From the NCBI RefSeq assembly GCF_009914755.1, contig NC_060932.1: 64,000 bases of DNA. The stretch is one strand, 5' to 3'. This DNA is from the human T2T-CHM13v2.0 reference genome, Homo sapiens. Numbering within the stretch: position 1 is the first letter of the stretch; every line of letters starts with the position of its first letter. Below are positions 53,438 through 64,000 of this stretch, piece after piece. The notes under the pieces were generated by a model that was not told the origin of the DNA, did no database searches, and saw only the letters and a program-made list of their open reading frames with translations. Made by a program: the position numbers and the translations under genes.

Positions 53438-56159
53438 GCGAAGCCTCTTTTATAAAGGCCTTAATCCCATTCACTAGGGCTCTGCCCTCATGACTTAACC
53501 ACCTCTTAAAGGCCCTACCTCTTAAGGTATCATCTTGGTGATGAAATTTCAACACATAAATTTTTGAGGGGACATAAATATTCAAAGCCTAGCAGACTGC
53601 ATTCTGGTTTGGTCTAGCATACCGGGGCCCACTGCAGGATGCTAGTCCAAAACTAGCCTCCCATAAACTTTGTTTAACATCACTGCTTGTTCCTGTTTGT
53701 ATGCTGCACCTCAAAGAACCCTAGACATATTTTAAACATGGCTTGTCCTCATGGGGCATAAGAGATGCCCAAGTACCTTTGCTGTCCTTGGCAGCAGCCT
53801 CACATCTCCCTTTGTTTGCTTGCTGGTTAGGAGCAGGTGAATGCCAGCCTGTAGAGATTTCCCCTTGTGCTGAGAAACCTACAGAGCATGTACTGAGTCA
53901 GACTAATGAGATCAGAAAACACCCAATGCACGAAGACAGGAACAAAAGACTATTAACAGCTACATACACCATAATGTCCAAAAACAAAATTTGAGAAGTG
54001 AAACCACTGCATTTATGAAGGGCTGAGTGTACCTATGCATTGTCTGCACAGCCTCCCAACTCGTGCTAGTACTCCACTCCGACATTTACGGGGGGATAGA
54101 ACGTGCCCTCTGGGAGAAAACAGCCTGTCTCCTGTGTCAAAGGCATGCACTTAATGGAAGACCTTTCAGTTCCTTTATGTATAAAAACCATTGAGATTCA
54201 CCAAAACAAAGAATGTTCTCTCACTAATTAGGGCTTATGTTGCCAACATTTCTGCAAAGCTGGAGATCGTGTTTTCCCCCTAATTAGTGGCCTTCAGATG
54301 GGTTTGCAGTTGGAGCCTCTAGAATTGTGAGAGGATCTGGCTGCTCCAGTGCTTTGTGTCTTTCTGGAGGCACGCCACGAGTCAAGGGTGCCCTGGCATC
54401 TTTTTTCTCAGAGCTGTGTGGCTTCCATCGTGGACACAAAGTAAAGTAAGGCAAAAAAAATTCTTCAGCATCTTGGAGAATCTACAAATGACAGCTTCTA
54501 ACTGATCCTGTTTATCATCCCCCAAATGAGTTAGCAACACTGCTAGTTAACTGTCTACTATAAAATTATCTAAAGACATAAACACATCTCATGTGGACAC
54601 TTATGCAGCCATTTTATTTTATGAATACTTAACTCCTGACCTGGGGAAAATGTTAATGCATGATCTAGAATGCAATATAATCTTTAAGCTAGCTTTTAAA
54701 ATCTTAGCGTTCATTATGCATAATCACATACATCTTTTTAACAGATTTTGGCCTAGAATTGTGCTGCTAAATATACTTTGCTGCAGAGAGACCCTATTGC
54801 ATAATTACACCATTGTTCTTATAAATGACAGATTTACTTCAAAAGGCAATAAATAAATGTTCAAATAAAATCATAATGAGCCTTGTTTTGAAGTGGTGTC
54901 AGTATTTTTAAAATTAAAAGTAACTTCTAGATGTTATCTTATTATCCCTTGTTTAAAAATTACTTGGGAGGCCATTAGACTGTAGTTGTTCTAACTCCTA
55001 GTTTGTTTGTACACAAATTGAATATTCAGTATGAATGGTCATATTCCAGGTGAGTCAGAATACACCAACTAGCCTCAAACTAGGAGCTTTCCACTGGAGT
55101 GATCCAAATACATCTACTGTTCCACTCTAACTAATCGAATATACTCTTTTTTGCTTCCGTGTTCACCTTATAAAAGCCGATCTTCCCCCACCCCACCTCC
55201 TCACTGTAGCCCTGAGCTACTTATGGTCTAGCACTGCCTGATTTATGAATCACTGTTTGCTCAAATAAACTCTTTAATATATTAATATGCCTCAGTTTAT
55301 TCTTTAACACTTTCACGAAAACGCACAAATATAATGCCCTCATTAAAAAGTGGAATACAACAGCATTTTAAGGTGGCAGTGAAACAAAAACAGTATCATT
55401 TGTTTTTCAATTTTTGTACCTGACGTACTGGAAGTTGGTTGTGAGTTATTTTGAATTGCTGATGTGAAATGTGGTATACAAAATGGTGTCACTCTGGTTC
55501 AGAGATCTAAAGTGGAGTTGGGAAGCCATTCTAAGAACTGCCTGCACATTCTGCAAACTTGCAACAAACAAACAAACATAAAAAACCAGGAATTTGCCTT
55601 GTACCCTTGAATTGGGCCAAACTGCAATGATACAACATTGTAGAAAACTGCTGGATTTTTCCAGCACTGCAACTTCTGAAAAACAACCAATGAACTATGG
55701 ACTTGTGTACTGGCCAGCTGCTGCCATCAATGATAATTCTTTGAAAACAACTTGTATAATCATACTTAGCTTCCTTTTCATTTCTCTTAAAAATCCCTAC
55801 TGTCCTCCATCTCTTTGGAACACAATTTGGCATCTAGCTGAATCTGTATCTTCTGAATTGCGATAAATTCTCGTCTTACTGAATTGCAGCTTGGTTTTTT
55901 GCCTCTTATTAATTGACAGTGGAATTATGATTGCTCCAATAGTTCAACCAAAATAGGCATTACTAAGAATATTGAGTAAGGTTTGTGAGTTAGTTTTTTT
56001 TCTTATCTGAATAGTTACTTATTTTTGGATTTTATAATTATTTGAATATTTTTCATCCTTGATTTTTGCAGGCACAGACCACATCAAGCAATTTTAAACA
56101 ATGTCAGAGCTTCTGTACGTCTTTATCTAGTCCTTAGAGATCACAAATCAGAAGAGGGT

Positions 56160-57256
56160 GAGGGACTGACTATACAAATGGGAAATGGCCAGACTATATA
56201 TAAACATAAAACTTTGACCTGCAACCTGCAACTACCTCCCCAGAATATCAATTCCTGATCTACAATAAACAACCCTGTTATAAGTCATGAAGAGGACTCA
56301 AATATGCCACCCCAAAATATGTCACTTTTGCACAAGGATTATTTCAAGCTGAAAGCAACTGAGAAAGCAGACACAAAAAGAGCTCTTTACCTTTTCTCAT
56401 CTGCCTAAAATCAGAGCATAAATTTCATTTTGTGAAGGTATCTCCCTTTCCATCAAAAAGACAACAACTCTTAATTGCCAGGAAGAACTCATCACTAGAG
56501 ATGGCATGGCCTTTAGTATGCGTAAACAGAACTAACTCAAATAACACTTATATTCCATGAGATTTTACCACATATTTACCATTCCACAATTTGCTATCCC
56601 AAAAGCCCAAACCTCTTTTACTTTGTCTAGTCACATCTCCTCAGTTTATCACTCTGTTAAAATGGCATATAGTTCCCAGATCTAACTGCCTCTGGGTTTT
56701 CACTTCTTTTCTGTGACACCGCTATACGTCTTTGAAATAAACCTTTTCTCCTGTGAATCCATCTCTTATCAGTTTATTTCACAGGACCCAGACACTGAAC
56801 TGAAGAATGAATGCAGAGGAAAGGACTTTTTCCTCTCCTATAGTCCGATTTGTTGTAACCCAGACTGCTATCTTTAGTGACAAGCCAGAAAACTAAACAA
56901 TGACTTCTGCAACAATTGGCCTAAAATGATCAGGACTTCATTAATTACTCACAAGTCTCCTAATTTTTTTCTCTGCTTCCAACTTAGGACCTCGGAAAAG
57001 CAACATATGCATCTTTAACCAATTACATAGAATGTCCTCTCGAGTTAGCTTCTTCCAGCTTCCCCAGGCCAGCAGCCTCCACTCCTGGAACACCTGAGGC
57101 CTTCCCTTTTTCCACTGTGAAGCTGTACTACTCCTTTGTCTGCTTTTGAGTTTCTGTGAAAACACAAGTTATGGTGGCTAACTCCCTTGCTATATAGCAA
57201 GCTCAGAATAAATAACCTTTGCTTTTCTCGTTTGGTAGGTCTTCCTTTATTTACAC
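56160..57256 (+). mobile_element. MER31/67-like LTR with a nested MER34-like LTR (~56287-56842)
   Basis: Similarity to 48100-49068 and 6615-7796. Confidence 0.55.
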
Positions 57257-57509
57257 AAGAGTTTTGAAGGCATCAGAATTGCTGGCTAATTTAATTTTAA
57301 AATGTAGACTCTCAGTCTTTCAGAAAGAAAAAAAAAAAGTATTATTTTTTTGTAAGTTCATTGGCCTACAGATGAGAAGCTAATTGGCTGGTGTGCCACT
57401 TTAATAGGACAACTGGCTGAATTCAGCCTGATAAAAAGTGTGACCAGCATGGAATATTTAATTAAAAAAATTCTTTGAATATGGACTATTAAATCTTCAA
57501 GTGTTTTTT

Positions 57510-58135
57510 TCCAGCTTTTTTGAGGTATTATTGACAAAAATTGGATATATTTGCAGTGTATAACATGATGTTCAGATACATGTATACATTGTGAAATGAT
57601 TACCACAATCATTACCACAATCAGGCTAATTAACATATCCACCTCCTCACACAGTTACGTGTATGTATGTGTGTGTGTGTGTGTGTGTGTATGTGTGTAT
57701 GGTGAGAACCTTCCAACTATACTCTCTTAGCAATTTTCTTTATTTTTTAATTTTAATTGTATTTTTTTAGACAAGTCTCACTATTTCACCCAGGCTGGGG
57801 TGCAGTTATGTGATCATAGTTCACTGCAGCCTTGAACTCCTGGGTTCAAGCAATCCTTTTTCCTCAGCCTGACAGATAGCTAGGACTACAGGCATACTCC
57901 ACCATACCTAGCTAATTTTTAAAATTTTTGGTAAAGATGGCATCTTGCTATATTGCCCAAACTGGTCTCTAAGTCCTGGCCTCAAGTAATCCTTTCGATT
58001 TGTCCTCCCAAAATGCTGGCATTACAAACATGAGCAACCACACCCAGCCAGCAATTTTTAACTATATAATACATCAACTGTAGTCACTGTGCTGTACAAC
58101 ACATTGTCAGAACTTATTCATCCTAACTGAAATTT
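57510..58135 (-). mobile_element. L1MA-like 3' end with (TG)n and an AluJ (57750-58049)
   Basis: L1 3' UTR motifs interrupted by a diverged Alu. Confidence 0.75.
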
Positions 58136-59727
58136 TGGAACATTTGATTTTTTAGTCAGCCTCACATATTGAAATAAAGCATCTCATCACTAAATCAGTC
58201 ATTAATGTTACAGTAGGTCTGGAACATTATTGCCTTTGCTGAGAGATGCCTAACGGACCAAGAGGGTGATGCAGGTTGGTTAACAGATTAGGCAAACATT
58301 GGTCTCTGGGATTCTACAGAGTCCTGGTGAGCTGTGAGCTTGGATGAAAAAACAATTCTCATGAAATGGGAAGTGCTCCTTTTTCTCAAGAGAAAATGAA
58401 GAAGCCTTATCCACAAAAACCAACCTGGTCATCACTCACGAGGAGGATGTTGAACTCTGGGTCAAATTTTCTTAGCCATTCATTCATTCATTCATTCATT
58501 CACTTATTTCATAGACATCTATGAAGTATTTAATGCACACCAGGCACTATGAGAATTTCTGTGAGTCTATAGAGAAGTGAGTTACACTTTAGTAAAGAAA
58601 ACATGCATGTGGACTACTGTATAAATAACAGTAGTGCCAAGTGCTTAAGAATACAGAGCTAGTTGTGAGTCTAGCCCTGCTGCCATCTAGGCCAATACAG
58701 CACAGAACTGTCAGTAGCCAGAAGACCCTGTGGATGTCAGCTTTTACCTACCTTCTGCTCTCCCTGATCTAAATGCATTAGGGTCCCTCAGACCAGAACT
58801 ACACAGAACTGAGTTAGAAGAGAGTTTGCTACACTTTCTTCAATTATTCACACAGTTTAGATGCCACAGAGTTTCTTTTGCAATAACAGCCGTCTAAATG
58901 GCCCTGCTTCTATAACCTTCATCTCATTGTCATATTTGTTTATTTTCAAACATAAATTTGTTCAACAAGTATCTATCAAGGTACTTCATTTTTGAGGCGT
59001 TGAAGAGCTGAAAAGAGTGGAAACCTTGCTCTCAGTTGGAATGAAGGAAGGAAAGTATCCAGTCTTTCTGTATTTTCAAACACAACTATTGTAACCTAAA
59101 ATAATATAATTTTGAAGATGTAATAATAGCGATAATAAAGATTAACCCCTCAATATTTTGAAAATACTGAAAAAGTGGCTTTCTTAAGTCGGCCAACAAA
59201 ACATGCAGCCCAGACTCCAAGCCAGACCCCTGGATTCCTGTTCCAGTTCTCCCACCATAAGGAAATACTGGCTTCGTGGAGGTTGTATTAAGGGAGTCAT
59301 AATTAATCGTATATCAGGATTCTGATTTGCAATGGAATTACCAAGTTAGCCATGATCATTTCGTTTTTAATGTTCATGATTATTTGTTTGTAGTGCTCCT
59401 CCATTTTGCTCCTGCAGCTATTGGATCTTTATTTAGCTGAATTACTCAGTAGCCTTTGTTTTCTTAATTGCTCTTCAGTAGCTTGTGATTTTGTACCTTT
59501 CTGAACAATTTAAGTTACATTTTATTAAGCTTTACAGAGGTCCAGTTCTATACTATCTCATGGGGGCAGACACTTGCACCTGGTTAAAGGACTTGCTTTG
59601 TCAGGATGTGTAAAATCATGGGCAAATCAGAGGATTTCATAATTTAACAAACTGGAGAAGTGAACCAATAATATCTCCATCTCTGCATCTAGCTAGCTAG
59701 ATCTACCTACCTACCATCTATCTATCT

Positions 59728-59942
59728 CAGTGATTCTCAACCAGTGACTGTTTTACCCCTAGCTCTGCAAGGGGCAATTTGGCAGTATCTGAAAACGTTT
59801 TTGTTGTCACAGCTGGGACATTGGCACCAGGTGGATGGGAGTCAGGGATGCCGCTAAGCATCCGACAATGCACAGAACACCTCCCCATCATAGAGGACTG
59901 TCTGGCCCAAAGTTTCAACAACGCCAAGACTGAGAAATGTCT
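59728..59942 (+). mobile_element. MER20 hAT DNA transposon flanked by (TATC)n
   Basis: cagtgattctcaacc...gccaagactgagaaa. Confidence 0.75.
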
Positions 59943-60337
59943 ATCTATATCTATCTAATTTTGTCTATCTATCTATCTGTCTATCATCTATCTATCTATC
60001 TATCTACCTATCATCTATCATCTACCTATCTATCTTTTCTCTCTATATATTTTTCTATCTTTATAGAAAATGTGTTACATCCTATTAAATGGAGTATAGT
60101 AAAGGAATGAACAGTAAGTAAACTAGATAAGTGGAAAGTGTATTATTTTGTCAGGAAACATCAATTAAAGTCCCACTTTGGATTTGGAAAGTTAACTGTG
60201 CCTTGATTAATCTGTTTTAAGATCCTAGCTCATTACATTAAGCTGCAAAGACAGGGCCAGGAAACATTTTTCAATTTTTCTTAGAACATTTGTGCTCAGT
60301 GCCAGTTAAGAATGTACACTGATAAGAAGTGTATTTG

Positions 60338-60671
<334 letters not shown>

Positions 60672-60928
60672 TTACATTTATCTTTATAAATGGATAAATT
60701 ATACATTTCTCCCCAAAATTACCTTCTAACTTGATTTGCCTCCTTTTCCATTGTTACATCAATTTTGGTTGGCAAAAACCAATGATCTCAAATAAATAAA
60801 CAGAAAGACAGAATTTTGTCATCAAAAGTTCTAATTACGAAATCTAAGGTAAATACGATAAACAGAAAAAGACCATTAGAACTGCACCATCATCTCTGTT
60901 GCCGTCAAGACCCAGTATCCAATGTTAA

Positions 60929-61070
60929 GGGGGGATAGCATTTAGAGATATACCTAATGTTAAATGACGAGTTACTGGGTGTAGCACACCAACATGGCAC
61001 ATGTATACATATGTAACTAACCTGCACGTTGTGCACATGTACCCTAAAACTTAAAGTATAATAAAAAAAA
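60929..61070 (+). mobile_element. Young L1PA 3' terminus (~140 bp)
   Basis: atagcatttagagatatacctaatg...gtaccctaaaacttaaagtataataaaa. Confidence 0.9.
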
Positions 61071-61159
61071 TTAGTGAGAAAAATTTTGTAGAGAAAAGGG
61101 ATATTTGAATAGTTTCAAATAACATCTCCCCAAATATTTCTTAATCGCAAAGGATCAGA

Positions 61160-61650
61160 TAGTGCTTGTGTTCATTTTCTGTTGCAACATAACAAATGAC
61201 CATGCATTTTCTAGCTTGGCATCACATCTGTGGGCCAGGAGTCCAGGAAGGGTGTTCTGCTCAGAGTCTTATGGGTTGAAATCAGGAGGACCACAAGTTG
61301 TGTTCTTATTTGCTGCTCAGGTTTCACGTTGCTGGCAGAACCAGTTCTGGTGCTGCAGAATGGAAGACCCGCATGTTGCAGGCTGCCACCCAGCACCTTC
61401 TCAGCTCCTGGTTGCTGTTCCCCATTCCCTGCCACAGGACCTGCAACATGCAGTTGCTCCTTCAGGCCAGCAGGAGAATCTCCCCCATGTCCACTTCCCC
61501 CACCCATTTTGAGGCATTTCATTAGTTCAGGCCCACCCAGGAGGATCTCTCTTTGATTAACCCAGAATAAACTGATCAGGGATTCTAATTAAACCTGTAA
61601 AATCCCTTCGGCAGTATAACAACACAATCACAGGAACTCTCTGTTTCATT
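61160..61650 (-). mobile_element. MLT1-type MaLR LTR
   Basis: ttgcaacataacaaatgaccat...tcaggcccacccaggaggatctct. Confidence 0.55.
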
Positions 61651-63769
61651 TTTTGCAGACTTTATATTAAGTCTAAAATTATTCCAGAATAAAATGTTTT
61701 TTAAAAATCAGCGATCTTCCATGGCAGTTGGTTAAGTTAAGACATAATGATTTGGAGGTAAACATTCCCCCTATGGTGGTATAAGTGCTTACAGGAGAGT
61801 GAAATTTATCACTTGTTCTTTTAGGAAATGATAGGAACCTTAGTTGAAGTCAGATTTAGAAAGGACCCGGACACAAACATTAGGAGTTAGCAAACAATCC
61901 ATATCTAAGATGGAGGGAAGGAGATCACCAGACATTAAGCATCTAGAATAGACCAAGTATTTCTATGCTAGGTCCTTCTATACCCATTAGCTCAGGGGGC
62001 AACTAAGATACCTATTTTACTGATTAGAAAATGACTGAGGCTCAGAATTATTAAGGACATACAGGAGTAAACTCAAAAGTTGAACAGAGGTAATTTTAGC
62101 GAACCTCAAAGCTCAGGTTCTTTTCTTATATGTTGTGCTGCATCACCAACATCTCAACAGATGGATAAAAGTAAAATAATATTGGAAAATATACAGAGAA
62201 AACAATGAGCACAGTGTCCTACTTATTCAAGTGCAGAACTGAGTTGCAGCTGGTGTTCAACAAGGAAAGGAGGTGGTGTGAGGGCATAGCAAACTCAAGC
62301 ACTATTCAGGAAACCATCATTTTGAAGCAAATAAACCAGTGGATAGAGCAGGACAAAGACAATGCCACACCCCTGTTCAATTCTGAACTTGGGCAAGATG
62401 GCTGGTGCTGGAAGACCAGGATCCAGTGCTAGGAAGACACCTTGGGGGAGCAAGGCAGGATTGCCAGAATTCCTGCCCAAGGAAGGGCCAGGCAGGGGCA
62501 GCTGAACAGATATGGCATCCAGGAAACAGTTCAGGGAAACTCAGGCAGTAGCTCATCTCTGGAATGAGCCAGCATTGGAGATGGGCAGGAAATGGCGAGC
62601 AGGGTTGATTCATGGACTGATTCTGTCTTGAAGGCACAGAGGCTGTTAGCTGTGGTCAGCAGCAAAGACCAATGGGGCTGTGTTAGTGACAGGACAGTGC
62701 GTGAGGCTTTCTGCTTCTGTTAGGGTTTGCATAGAACTGAGTTTATGGTAGCAAATATTAGCAAAACAAACTCTGATGAACAGAGAAAACTGAGGCTGAG
62801 GAAAGGTGCTGCAATGTTCACTGAAAAAGAGTCATGCCAAACTGATTTCTTCTACTGGCTTGACATGTGTACTGAATTTGAGACATTGATTGACAGAGTA
62901 TATCTAGCGTCAGCAAGGCCTTTGACTAGGTCCCCCTTGATATTCTTACGTATAATTCATTCATTTTGATATTTGCAGAAGGCTATGGAGGAATGTTAGT
63001 ACAATTTCGTGAATGAACTAAATATTATCAATCGTTTGTGATCAATATCCAGCAGAGTGTCAAAAGCCTGCTTTCTTACTTCTGTCCTAGCTAATTTTCT
63101 CCTCAATGACACAATCCAGAGAGAGACCATTTCTAGGGTGGCATACCTTCACAAAGAGCCAGGATGCGATTCAGCTCTCAACAGGGGACTGTGATTAGCT
63201 GTTTGCCCAGGAGGAGGCAAGACAAAATGAGACCTGGGGACACGTTACCAGGGAAGGCACAGTCAGAAGAGAACAGATTGGTGCTCACTCTTCTTCCTGG
63301 CAGTGGGACTCCTGTGTGGATTTTTAATCAGGTCTATTTTTCTCACCCTTATTTCAGAAAACTTTTTAAAGAAGCTTATTGCATTTATAAAAATTTCGGC
63401 AATATTCTTTCTTGAAATACTGAGACAATTTACCTATAAACTGTGCTTTTTGACCAGAGGATATTGGCATCATGTAAATGTTAGCAACAAACGTTGTTTC
63501 ATGCAGAGACCAGATATTTTTGTCTTTTGCTATTATTGGTTTCTCATTATAATGGGAAAAAAAGCAAGGCCTATTTTGTCTGTTTCACCCCTTTTTCTAT
63601 CTTCAACATCTTTAATTATTTTCAACACCGTATCTTTAATTCATAAGGAGGTGGGTGAAATCTACCTTAATGTACTACCAGGATCAGGAGTTTAACACTT
63701 TATTTAACCAATAGCCAATTTTCTTATCTTGACTCTCTACCACTTACAATCTTTTTTCTTTTCTCTTTC

Positions 63770-63785
63770 TCCTCCCTTCCTCCCT

Positions 63786-63829
<44 letters not shown>

Positions 63830-63890
63830 TTCTTTCTTTCTTTTCTTTCTTTCTTTCCTTCTTTCTTTCTTTTCTTTCTTTCTTTCTTTT

Positions 63891-63933
<43 letters not shown>

Positions 63934-64000
63934 CTCTCTTTCTTTCTTTCTTTTCTTTCTTTTCTTTCTTTCTTTCTTTTTCTTTTCTTTCTTTCTTTCG
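63770..64000. repeat. (TTTC)n microsatellite
   Basis: More than 200 bp of TTTC repeats running to the window end. Confidence 0.95.

Larger units (their letters stand above)
51295..53593 (-). mobile_element. MaLR (MST-like) internal sequence plus LTR, with nested MER61, Alu and L1PA
   Basis: tttataaagaacagaaatttatttctcatggttctggag; ctcatgacttaaccacctcttaaaggcc. Confidence 0.7.

Overview
This is catarrhine primate (probably human or ape) repeat-dense DNA. I could not identify an intact host protein-coding gene, and almost all listed ORFs come from Alu, LTR12, L1 or L2 sequence. The main contents are: (1) a defective HERV9 provirus (10064-18981, +) flanked by two solo LTR12 elements on the minus strand; (2) an RNF2 processed pseudogene with a twin-priming 5' inversion, a locally templated ~165-bp insertion and five Alu insertions (31470-35755); (3) a 4.2-kb, multiply deleted HERV-K(HML-3)/MER9 provirus (36286-40491, -); and (4) many nested Alu, L1, L2, MaLR and MER4-group elements. 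The most interesting signal is in the HML-3 provirus. Its env deletion falls where the HML-2 rec intron lies and yields an in-frame 92-codon Rec-like reading frame broken by one TGA. This looks like a fossil spliced retroviral RNA pointing to a Rec-type export protein in HML-3. Repeat family names and comparisons to RNF2 and HML-2 come from recall, not a database search.
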